Shown one piece after another: positions 28,881-36,778 of a stretch of 57,897 nt of DNA. A program made the position numbers and the translations under genes. The DNA is taken from the IMG/VR virus record IMGVR_UViG_3300045781_000130, positions 1 to 57,897 of that record; one strand, written 5' to 3'. Positions within the stretch are counted from its first letter, which is position 1, and each line of letters opens with the position of its first letter. The notes under the pieces are model-generated. The model did not search any database. It was given only the letters and a program-made list of their open reading frames with translations, and was not told the origin of the DNA. The DNA is from a virus (lineage: Duplodnaviria; Caudoviricetes).

Positions 28881-29317
28881 TCGTTATGGCCGGAAAGGGT
28901 CTTAACGTCGTTGAACGGAGGCTCTTCCGGGTTACGAGTGTTGGGGCGCTGAGTTACTTCCACAAGAACCTTCGCGCCCTGGGTCTCCGGGATCAAGGAG
29001 TCGAAGGACTTGCCCACGGTGTCAATGCCGAGGGTTTCCAAGAACTTCTTGAAGCGGAAGAGGGCGTCTTCGGTAAGGTAGAAGTCCTTGCGAAGCTGCT
29101 TCTTCGACCACTCGATGCTTGCGACTTCCTCTACATACACGTCATCGCCGGCGCCAGTGAGCTGGATGGTGAAGCGGATGAAGGGGGTTTTCTTTTCCGG
29201 GGACTCGTCGAACTTATACTCCTTGATAATGCCGTAGTAGGTGCCAGCGGGAAGAGGGACAGGGGCTTTCACTTCATCGAGGGGCTTGGAAAGAAGAGCG
29301 CTAAAATCAACAGCCAT
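28877..29317 (-). CDS. DUF669-like ssDNA-binding protein
   Basis: PLPAGTY..I, FYLTEDALFRFKKF; in the same operon as the AAA_24 and nuclease genes. Confidence 0.65.
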   Translation of the reverse strand: MAVDFSALLSKPLDEVKAPVPLPAGTYYGIIKEYKFDESPEKKTPFIRFTIQLTGAGDDVYVEEVASIEWSKKQLRKDFYLTEDALFRFKKFLETLGIDTVGKSFDSLIPETQGAKVLVEVTQRPNTRNPEEPPFNDVKTLSGHNE

Positions 29318-29370
29318 GAGGGTTTTCCTTACGTTTTCTCCGGGATCGGAGCGGGGTTAGTGGCGAACCA

Positions 29371-29781
29371 CTAAATTTTGTGCTGACCTTCAACACCACG
29401 AGCAATGCGGTCGGAGGTTCTCAGCTGTAAAGTTTTGAGAGCTGCTCTGATGAGGCTAAGAGCATAAGCGTTTATAGGGGAGACGAAAGGGCCGGACTGA
29501 AAACTTTCCAGACGATCAATGACGATGGCGAGGAGAGCTTCCTGGGTCAACCCATTGACTCCTTTTTCAGGGATTGGGCCATTCTAGAAAAGAATGGTGG
29601 AATGTTCTGCTGGTTGCCCGTGCCGGGCCGTCCAAGGATCAGAGGCATTAGTTCCGCTATTGAAACCAGTGATATGGTAAAGGTGATTTGCACCACCAGA
29701 GCCAGGTTCATCAAGAACCTCAATTTTCAATTGAGATGCTTGATCACCACTTACGATATGTGTTGAGATTTCTCTAGTCAT
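29371..29781 (-). pseudogene. tad1: Tad1-family anti-Thoeris sponge with an in-frame amber codon
   Basis: PGSGGANHLY..ILF*NGP..GVNG..LLAIVIDRLESFQSGPF..NA..RTSDRIARGVEG; TAG at 29584-29586. Confidence 0.8.
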
Positions 29782-29798
29782 TACTTGCTCCATAAAAT

Positions 29799-29875
29799 TG
29801 GTCACGACAGCAGGATTCGAACCTGCGACCTGAAGTACCCAAAACTTCCGCTCTGCCAGACTGAGCTATGTCGTG
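29799..29875 (-). tRNA. tRNA-Pro(UGG)
   Basis: Cloverleaf with CACGACA/TGTCGTG acceptor, GAAGT-TTTGGGT-ACTTC anticodon arm, GGTTCGAAT, encoded CCA. Confidence 0.9.
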
Positions 29876-29876
29876 A

Positions 29877-29946
29877 GGGCTGGTCCGGTGAGACTCGAAC
29901 TCACATTGCTAGTTACACTATATCCTACCAATTGGACGACGGACCA
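29877..29946 (-). ncRNA. tRNA-like element with a collapsed anticodon arm
   Basis: Acceptor TGGTCCG/CGGACCA, D and T arms intact; anticodon arm only TAGT-GTA-ACTA. Confidence 0.7.
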
Positions 29947-30025
29947 AAAATCCGGGGCGGCGAGACCCAGGTGTCGCATGATGACTCGCCGCCCCTTTGT
30001 TAAGCCAGACAGGGGGAGATCTGGC

Positions 30026-30430
30026 TTAATTCTCAAGAATAATGGCAGGGGCCGGTTGGCGTTTGGCCTTGAAAATCTCTTTCTCTGCTGGAATGAACTG
30101 CGCGAAGACTTTATCGCCAGGTTGTTGGACGGCGACTCCGATGTCTCCGCAGGAACCAACCTCGGTGACAGTGGCACGAAGGTAGACCACATCGCCTTTG
30201 GCGAATTTGGGGGCAGGTTTGATGGAGTTCGACTGCTTGTTGAGACTGGCTGTAGCGGTTGCTTGGTTATTGCCTACGCTTCCATCGCTAACCTGACACA
30301 TATCACGCCTCCTTGCTTCAGCAAAAATAATATCTCTTATTTCTGGGGAATCTTTATGATCGTGCATAGCTAAGAGCATATGCTGTATAGTGAGTTCATG
30401 TAAATCTCGTCCCATATGCCTAAAGCTCAT
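30026..30430 (-). CDS. Hypothetical protein
   Basis: ATGA overlap; FAKGDVV SH3-like C-terminus. Confidence 0.5.
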   Translation of the reverse strand: MSFRHMGRDLHELTIQHMLLAMHDHKDSPEIRDIIFAEARRRDMCQVSDGSVGNNQATATASLNKQSNSIKPAPKFAKGDVVYLRATVTEVGSCGDIGVAVQQPGDKVFAQFIPAEKEIFKAKRQPAPAIILEN

Positions 30431-31365
30431 GACTGCACATCCTTCATATAGTCTGCCAAGCCCCAGGCAATGTCGTACTCAGGTTTGACCTTGAGGGGCG
30501 CGGAGGTTTTAGCACTCAAGACCATATTTCCAAGGTTCTGGGAGTTGGTGTAAATCTTTCGCTTGGCGGAGGGGCCTGATCCTATACTGCGTACCACAAG
30601 CATAGAATTAAACCAACGAGGAATATGAGGGCTAAGAGCCCTTCCAATCGCGGAAGGATAGCCTGTGGGAGTTGAGTCAAACTTTCCCTCTTCGATCTTG
30701 GGGGAACCGCCGGCTTCGCTAACCATTGTGACGTGGGAGGTGACGATGATGTTGCACCTGACTGACTCGTCGTAGAGCATGGTGAGGAATGCTCGGATGT
30801 GGTTTTGAGCCGCGCCCATGTCCCTACGGGCCTCATTCTGCGTACGGATGTTGTTGAGGGCAGCATTGAGGGACAAGTGGAAGTTTAGGGCTGCGGAGGA
30901 AAGCATGGAAAGAGAGTCAATGACGAGGATCGTGTCATGGCCCCATTCCAGCACATTCCCGTAGTCATAGGCTTGTGCCCCTTCGGGCAGAGGGTTAGGG
31001 GAAGGCCCTATGACTAGCTTCCCTTCCTTGGTCACGTAGTACTGCCACTTCCCAAGGAGCTTCATACATCCCTGCCAGACTGTGGCTTTGGTTGGGACGA
31101 GAGTGCCATTAATGTTCTTGTAGGAGTCAGTGAGGGTGACGTACTCGACATTCTCCGCAGCTTTGGGATTTTCCTTGTAGTAAGGGGAGTTTGGGTCGGT
31201 CAGGTAGTTCTTGAGAATGTCGAGGCCGTTGTCCAGGTCGATGATGCGAAGTTTGTAACCTCGTGCTGCAAGGGAGGCAAGGGCGCCGGTTTTACCGGCA
31301 GATGAGTCGCCTATGAGAAGAAGCTTGGTGGTTTCTTTGGACTGGTGTTTTGCGATGGGGGGCAT
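30427..31365 (-). CDS. AAA_24 / Sak4-like ATPase
   Basis: LLIGDSSAGKT, IDLDNG, LVIDSLS, IVTSH. Confidence 0.75.
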   Translation of the reverse strand: MPPIAKHQSKETTKLLLIGDSSAGKTGALASLAARGYKLRIIDLDNGLDILKNYLTDPNSPYYKENPKAAENVEYVTLTDSYKNINGTLVPTKATVWQGCMKLLGKWQYYVTKEGKLVIGPSPNPLPEGAQAYDYGNVLEWGHDTILVIDSLSMLSSAALNFHLSLNAALNNIRTQNEARRDMGAAQNHIRAFLTMLYDESVRCNIIVTSHVTMVSEAGGSPKIEEGKFDSTPTGYPSAIGRALSPHIPRWFNSMLVVRSIGSGPSAKRKIYTNSQNLGNMVLSAKTSAPLKVKPEYDIAWGLADYMKDVQS

Positions 31366-31387
31366 GGAGGTTCCGTGAGGAATGAGG

Positions 31388-31597
31388 TTATTTTTCTGTA
31401 GGGTCCCAGAAGACGAGGGCAGAGGCTGGATAGATTTGTACACTGCCCGGTTCAAAGGCACTCTCAATCGCGTACCCGATAGGAGTATTGGAAGTGCTGT
31501 AGTAGCCCACTACTTTCCCTCGCCAATGAGAGCCTTGTTTCTTCTGCAGGAGAGTTCCGTATTTATAGAGACCAAGTGGAGCCTCAATAATCATCAC
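31388..31597 (-). CDS. dfrB: DfrB (R67-type) dihydrofolate reductase homologue
   Basis: KKQGSHWRGKVVGYYST..TPIGYAIES..PGSVQIYP matches the R67 pattern, including VQIY. Confidence 0.85.
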   Translation of the reverse strand: MMIIEAPLGLYKYGTLLQKKQGSHWRGKVVGYYSTSNTPIGYAIESAFEPGSVQIYPASALVFWDPTEK

Positions 31598-32559
31598 ACA
31601 TTTCCTCTTGTTTGGAGGGGATCCCAGATTCTTTTAGCGTAATCTGCCTGTAACCATTGCTTCTGAACCTTCGGGGATTTGGAGCAAATCTTGAGGTACT
31701 GGCAACCTCCATAATTCCCACAGGACTTATCATTCTTGGGGTAGTGGTTGGCTTCGGCGTAGGACTCTGCCTGGCGGAGCCAGAAGCCCAGGTCTTTGTA
31801 CCATTCCTCGATGGTGGCCTCATCCCGAAGGGAGAAACCTCGTTCAAACCGAGAAAACCCAATCGCTACCTGCGCGGCGTCCACGATGAGACCCTCGATA
31901 GGCAGGCCATAAACTACTTGCCCCGCGAGGGTGTAGAGGGTGAACTGGTTGTCGGGGTTGAAGCCGTCGAAGAAGGTCTCGGAGATTGTGGATTTGGTTG
32001 TTTTTCGATCGACGATATAGGTAGTTCCATTGAGGGTGGCGACTCGGTCAAGATGGCCGCAGAGGAGGTATGTTTCTCCTTTAGGAGAGGAATAAGAGGA
32101 CTCGAAGCGGAAAGAAAGTTCTACGGCTGGCTTTCCATTCGCGAGTCGAACAGTTTCGAGAGAGTCGTGTTCGCCAAATTGCTCCAGATACCACATGACG
32201 GAACGGACGAGGGTCTCGCGATTTTTATACTTGTCGTCGGAGATCCACGGGCGCTTCAGCCCCTCATTCCAGGTAAGTTCTAAAACCTTACGGAGAGTGC
32301 TTCGCTGGGCGGCAGCGTGACTCATCCCTTCAAATTTTTTGTGGTCATACCATTCTAGGGCAGAATGAAAATGTGCGCCGAAGGTTAGGTGGACAGAGGT
32401 GGCGCGAGGTGCCCAGCCTTCGAGGAGGGAAAGCTGGTAGTAACGAGGGCAGGTTTTGAGGGCTCCAAGGGAGGTTGAGTCCCATGCGAGCTGGAGTCTT
32501 GGGGAAAGGGCGGAGAAGGAGGAATTGGACTCCCAGGGGGCGGAGGTGACCTCTGTCAT
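31594..32559 (-). CDS. PD-(D/E)XK exonuclease (Cas4/RecB-like)
   Basis: CPR, GHLDRV, IVDRKT, QFTLY, C-terminal three-Cys cluster. Confidence 0.8.
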   Translation of the reverse strand: MTEVTSAPWESNSSFSALSPRLQLAWDSTSLGALKTCPRYYQLSLLEGWAPRATSVHLTFGAHFHSALEWYDHKKFEGMSHAAAQRSTLRKVLELTWNEGLKRPWISDDKYKNRETLVRSVMWYLEQFGEHDSLETVRLANGKPAVELSFRFESSYSSPKGETYLLCGHLDRVATLNGTTYIVDRKTTKSTISETFFDGFNPDNQFTLYTLAGQVVYGLPIEGLIVDAAQVAIGFSRFERGFSLRDEATIEEWYKDLGFWLRQAESYAEANHYPKNDKSCGNYGGCQYLKICSKSPKVQKQWLQADYAKRIWDPLQTRGNV

Positions 32560-32560
32560 A

Positions 32561-32791
32561 TCAAATCCCCAAGTCGTCAAGGTTGATATTAAGCAACTCT
32601 TCCTTGGATTTTTTCACAGCTTTTGGAGCAGACACCCGTTTGCCCGAGGCCTCTGCCTCTTGCCATTTTGCCCGTTGGCGGCGCAGCTCCACAACCACGG
32701 AGTCTAGCTCCGCCTCGCTGAGGCTCCCCGGCGCGGCATTGAAGATCTCCTCCAGGGACCTGGGATTGACAGTAGTAAGTGGACTAGTCAT
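32561..32791 (-). CDS. Hypothetical protein ending LDDLGI
   Basis: Operon packing. Confidence 0.6.
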   Translation of the reverse strand: MTSPLTTVNPRSLEEIFNAAPGSLSEAELDSVVVELRRQRAKWQEAEASGKRVSAPKAVKKSKEELLNINLDDLGI

Positions 32792-32994
32792 GTGAGATCA
32801 ATCTCCACTGCAGGAAGGGTTTTTGCGCTTTGCTGTGCCTTCGCGTCTATGGTGTTGAGGGTGGAGCGAATTATTGTGCAAATGGCTTTGCTCCGCCCGA
32901 CTGTCGTCCCCCAAAGCGAATCTAGTCTCTCCACATCTCGCTTGTAAATCCAGCAGTGCACTCGCACCTTTTCTTCTTCAGCATCCCTCGCCAT
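32788..32994 (-). CDS. Possible ribbon-helix-helix protein
   Basis: VRVHCWI..DVERL..RSKAI. Confidence 0.4.
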   Translation of the reverse strand: MARDAEEEKVRVHCWIYKRDVERLDSLWGTTVGRSKAICTIIRSTLNTIDAKAQQSAKTLPAVEIDLT

Positions 32995-33202
32995 TGGGAG
33001 AACCTTTCACGATCCAGAGAATTGACTCGTCATTAGTTTGACGAAATTGGAGGCACAAGAGATCTGTGTCGAGGGACTTTTTACGGGCGGCGTAGAGTTT
33101 GTTTAACGCCGCCCGCTTATCCCCAAAAACACGGAGTTCCACCCCGTACTGCGAGGCGAGGGCTTGGTAGAGAAAGCCGAGGAACTCCGAGTCATTTGCC
33201 AT
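32978..33202 (-). CDS. Hypothetical protein
   Basis: TAATG overlap with the upstream gene. Confidence 0.6.
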   Translation of the reverse strand: MANDSEFLGFLYQALASQYGVELRVFGDKRAALNKLYAARKKSLDTDLLCLQFRQTNDESILWIVKGSPNGEGC

Positions 33203-33765
33203 TAAGCAGCGACCTCACCCTTATGGGATTTCTTGGGATGGGGCACTTCGGAGGCTTCGATTGCCGGGGCCTCTTCCAGACCTTCGAGGAGCTGCGTTCC
33301 CAGGGACTTGGCGGCGTCCACGCGGCGCTGAGCTTCCTCGGTAATGTCCGGGCGCCTTTCGAGCAAGGACTTGACGAGTTCCTCCAACTTGCCTTCCGGG
33401 AGATCCTTGATGGCGATTTTCTTCTGGCGAAGATGCGCGGCGATAAGCTCCTTAGCAATCTTGTGCGCGGCAGACTCGACGGGGTTGAGATTGGCTCGCG
33501 GGCCGAGGCGGGAAGTGCCGTTGAAGGTGTACTCGTGAGCGTAGGCCTGGCCTTCGGTCAGGAGAGTGTCCAGGTGCTCCGCCGGAATGGCGGCGCCATG
33601 CTCCTTGACAGCCTTAGCGAAACGGCCATTCAGGTTGTTGCGGACATTCTCAACACGAGTCTGGTTGAGGGTGTGGGCCTCGGCAGCGTTGATGGTATGG
33701 CCCTCAGCGTAGGGAACGGGAACGCTGAACGTGTGGCCGGAAATAATAAGTTCACGATGAGACAT
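33202..33765 (-). CDS. Hypothetical protein, paralogue of 47523-48011
   Basis: First gene after a promoter; RBS GGAG; shared C-terminal half. Confidence 0.65.
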   Translation of the reverse strand: MSHRELIISGHTFSVPVPYAEGHTINAAEAHTLNQTRVENVRNNLNGRFAKAVKEHGAAIPAEHLDTLLTEGQAYAHEYTFNGTSRLGPRANLNPVESAAHKIAKELIAAHLRQKKIAIKDLPEGKLEELVKSLLERRPDITEEAQRRVDAAKSLGTQLLEGLEEAPAIEASEVPHPKKSHKGEVAA

Positions 33766-33822
33766 AAGGGGACTCCGAAAGAAGGGCAACGAATATGCCC
33801 CGGTGGGTTATTCCACATAGGG

Positions 33823-33851
33823 ACATTAGGACTTGGGCGAAGGGTTGTCAA
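33823..33851 (-). promoter_or_regulatory. Sigma70-like promoter of the replication operon
   Basis: TTGACA-17-TAATGT. Confidence 0.65.
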
Positions 33852-33878
33852 AAAGTTTTTGGGAAATAAAAGTCCCGA

Positions 33879-33904
33879 CACACGTTGCTATATGTAAACG
33901 TGTG
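33879..33904. promoter_or_regulatory. 26-bp palindromic motif, copy 3 (inside a longer hairpin, 33873-33910)
   Basis: CACACGTTGCTATATGTAAACGTGTG. Confidence 0.85.
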
Positions 33905-33919
33905 TCGGGGATTTTGCCT

Positions 33920-34138
33920 TCACTTAACTCCTTTGTCTCGCTGAGCAAGCATGGCATCGGCGTATTGGTATGCCATCTCAGCTATTATTGAAATGGGAAA
34001 AACTGCACTACTAACTGTTGACGCGACCATCCCCTGCAAAGCAGCTGCTGCAAAGTAGTCTCGTAGGGTCATACCCTCCCAATATACTCCTTGGCCTACA
34101 CCTGGAAATGCCCAGCCACCGTTATTAATCTCTGTCAT
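33920..34138 (-). CDS. Common small phage protein
   Basis: AFP..GMTLRDYFAA.A..AY..ADAML. Confidence 0.75.
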   Translation of the reverse strand: MTEINNGGWAFPGVGQGVYWEGMTLRDYFAAAALQGMVASTVSSAVFPISIIAEMAYQYADAMLAQRDKGVK

Positions 34139-35328
34139 CCCTGCCTCCTCAGCAACTCATGATACCTTTCTCCCAACGAGATTATCTCATTGAAGAGGAC
34201 ATTCTGCATCTGCAAGGTCTCGTCATTTACATCGAAGGCCAGGTGGGTGTATTCCTCCAGTAAGGTCTCGCGGAGTTGTCCCAGGGCAAAGACCCTGGGG
34301 TCAAGATAGATAACTCCTGCTCTTGCCAGCCCAAGGATATTTATCCCTAGGGATTCCACCACGCGGATCGGGAACTTGGAGATGTGAAAACCAAGGGCCT
34401 CCAGCCAACTTACCGCCGTCTCCAGCGCCTTTGCGTCGCTCGCGCAGAGCTTCACGTCTTTGTACTCCACAGTGACGTTGGGGAGCTGGGAGAAAAACTT
34501 CGCTCGAATGGTGGGGTTCAGTTTTATTGAGTTAGTCTTCATTTCCTCCATGACTTCAGCAAGAAACTCTGCGGAAAGAGTGGAATTGGAGAAGTTAAGC
34601 TGATGCTCGTAGGAATCTTCTCCAGGAGATAGGACAGTGGAGATCAGGGAGGGGTCTTTGCAGATGGAGTACGCCCCAGCAAGCTTGTATTCAAAATACC
34701 AAAGTTCACTGAGGGTGCGGTCCTCGGTGAGCTTTTGCGTGGAGGTGATGTTGTAGGTGTAGAGGGTTTGACGGTGGAACTCTCCCGCAGCTATGCCTTT
34801 ATAGAAGACTTTGTTAGTGCGACCGAGGTGGACTTCAATGTCTCCGAGGATGTAGAGGGGTTTGGAGGTAGGAGGAAGAAGAAACTCCTTTCTGTGATTG
34901 TGGGTTTTCAGAAAGGCGGTGCCATGCACAGTTATGATAGTGCGGTTCCTGGTTGGCCAAGCCTTGGTATCAAACTCTCCCCCTTCATCCATCATGTTGG
35001 AGTAGAGTTCGCGGTAGGCATGTTGAAGGGTCCAGTTTTTTCCAAGCTCTGTGGTAAAGCCTAGTGGGCGAGGGTCTCCGTGGTTTTCGGAGATATGAAT
35101 TATGTTAAAGGTCTTGCCGCGGATTTCTTCCTGGACAGAATGGAATGTGTATTTGTTGAGGCCAGAATAGATGGTAATTTCCTGGTTCTCACGGAGGAGG
35201 GTGGCGAGGGCGTATTTCAGTCCCGTGCCGAAGAAACCGATGGAGGAGGGGCTTTCTTTAACATTAACTCCCATTATAGTAACTGCGCGGATGTCAATTT
35301 CGCCTGGGTTGGTAAAGTGGATGGTCAT
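34135..35328 (-). CDS. GHKL-ATPase-like protein with a possible zincin-like C-terminus
   Basis: IGFFGTGLKYA, RELYSNMMDE; C-terminal TLLEEYTHL. Confidence 0.6.
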   Translation of the reverse strand: MTIHFTNPGEIDIRAVTIMGVNVKESPSSIGFFGTGLKYALATLLRENQEITIYSGLNKYTFHSVQEEIRGKTFNIIHISENHGDPRPLGFTTELGKNWTLQHAYRELYSNMMDEGGEFDTKAWPTRNRTIITVHGTAFLKTHNHRKEFLLPPTSKPLYILGDIEVHLGRTNKVFYKGIAAGEFHRQTLYTYNITSTQKLTEDRTLSELWYFEYKLAGAYSICKDPSLISTVLSPGEDSYEHQLNFSNSTLSAEFLAEVMEEMKTNSIKLNPTIRAKFFSQLPNVTVEYKDVKLCASDAKALETAVSWLEALGFHISKFPIRVVESLGINILGLARAGVIYLDPRVFALGQLRETLLEEYTHLAFDVNDETLQMQNVLFNEIISLGERYHELLRRQG

Positions 35329-35510
35329 TGGGTGCTCCTCATGTAAACTGCAATGGCTTCGAGGTCGTCAGCTGTGAATTCTCCGTCGAGAATGGCAAAA
35401 GCTTGTTCATTATAATATTCGATGTATTCTCCAGAGCCAATAATTCCATTATCGACAAGAAAGTGTCTCAAGTGCTCCTTCGCTTCTTCCAAGGTCATAA
35501 CTGTCTCCAT
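35325..35510 (-). CDS. Hypothetical protein
   Basis: LDGEFTADDLEAIA motif. Confidence 0.55.
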   Translation of the reverse strand: METVMTLEEAKEHLRHFLVDNGIIGSGEYIEYYNEQAFAILDGEFTADDLEAIAVYMRSTQ

Positions 35511-35734
35511 GTTTTTGAGGTATGCAAGTTCTTCAAATGCTGGTTGATAACTCCCCGAAGGGCTGTGAAACAGTCCTCCGCGTTTATTACCGCAGGTTCT
35601 ATGTCTGCAGAGTAGGGTCTGCCTCGTGTGACTTCACGGAGGCCAGCAAGGGTTTTTTCTGCTACGGTAAGGGCTCCAAGTTTACCATAGAGAACCCAGC
35701 GGTAACGAGCGTAACGCTTGGCGGGGGTGGTCAT
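35495..35734 (-). CDS. Hypothetical protein
   Basis: Operon packing. Confidence 0.5.
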   Translation of the reverse strand: MTTPAKRYARYRWVLYGKLGALTVAEKTLAGLREVTRGRPYSADIEPAVINAEDCFTALRGVINQHLKNLHTSKTWRQL

Positions 35735-36105
35735 AGTCCGAGATCCTCGAGAGAGAACATGGTAAGGGCGGAGGTTTTGACTGGGGCCTGGATTTTCCTT
35801 ACTTCAGGTTCTTCCGGTTCCCAGGCGAAGTGTTTTGTGAGGCAAGCCTCTGGATCGTCACGGTACTCCTCGTAAAATTCCATGAGTTCCTGGGTGGTCC
35901 CAAAGGTTTTGTAAACCACACTTGCTCGGTTGAAAGCTTTTGTGAGGTAGAGCTGCACTCGCCAGCCTTCGGCACGTGGGGATGCGTAGAGGGAAGATAT
36001 GCAGGAAAGGGATGTGCCGTCAGGGCGGACAAGGGAGGGCTCGCCGGAAGCCATGATCGGGCGGGAGGGGTCAAGGAGTTTCATCAGGTAGCTCCAATTC
36101 TGCAT
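35731..36105 (-). CDS. Hypothetical protein ending LEDLGL
   Basis: Operon packing. Confidence 0.55.
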   Translation of the reverse strand: MQNWSYLMKLLDPSRPIMASGEPSLVRPDGTSLSCISSLYASPRAEGWRVQLYLTKAFNRASVVYKTFGTTQELMEFYEEYRDDPEACLTKHFAWEPEEPEVRKIQAPVKTSALTMFSLEDLGL

Positions 36106-36292
36106 TGGCTAGTCGCCGCATGTTGTCCTCGTTGAAGGGTTCTATTATGAACGCACCATGAAAATCTTGGTGAGCTATGGAATAACCATATTTCTCGCAG
36201 ACCTCGCGGATTGCAGTCACAAAGGGAATTATTAATGATTTTTCTTTGGATCTCTTATCAAGCCATTGGTCGTATGTTTCCAGCTCAGGCAT
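36071..36292 (-). CDS. Hypothetical protein
   Basis: VCEKYG.SI.HQD.HGAFII motif; RBS GAGG. Confidence 0.6.
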   Translation of the reverse strand: MPELETYDQWLDKRSKEKSLIIPFVTAIREVCEKYGYSIAHQDFHGAFIIEPFNEDNMRRLANAELELPDETP

Positions 36293-36481
36293 GGTATCAC
36301 CTCAATACGACGAGATAAGAAGGATAGCGATGAGGGCCACGAAGATTTCCTCTATTAGATCAAAGACTTCCATTGTTATCTCTCCCACCAGAAATGCCAA
36401 ATTAGAAGGGTTAGGACTAGGATAGAACCTAGGATTAAGGAGACTGCCCCTATTACTAGAAGGGACTCTATGATATTTGCT

Positions 36482-36778
36482 TCAGGGTAGGTCATTTTGA
36501 TTTTCCTCCTTCAAGCTGTTAACACGAGCCGCTTCTTCGCGCTCAAATTCCGCAAGCCCGTCCATAAGATTTTTCATCTGCTCGGCATCAGTGAGGTTTC
36601 GCCCGCGCTCAATTGCTCTGATTGCAATGGCGAGCGTCACACGCTGTTCTTGACGTTTGGCTTTGGCCAGTTGCTCGCGAAGAATCCCCGCATCCCCTAC
36701 CGCCCGCTCCAGTCGCCCGGCGCGGTAGGCAGCTGCAACAAATGCTTTCCATTCTGGGGGTAACTTACTCATAGTCAT
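36482..36778 (-). CDS. Hypothetical protein
   Basis: ATGA overlap with the helicase gene. Confidence 0.5.
   Translation of the reverse strand: MTMSKLPPEWKAFVAAAYRAGRLERAVGDAGILREQLAKAKRQEQRVTLAIAIRAIERGRNLTDAEQMKNLMDGLAEFEREEAARVNSLKEENQNDLP

Noticed and set aside
29584-29586. Genome-wide TAG-to-Gln recoding
   Set aside because: Other genes (scaffold, HNH, Tad1 itself) end at TAG, core genes are uninterrupted, and no intact CUA tRNA is present
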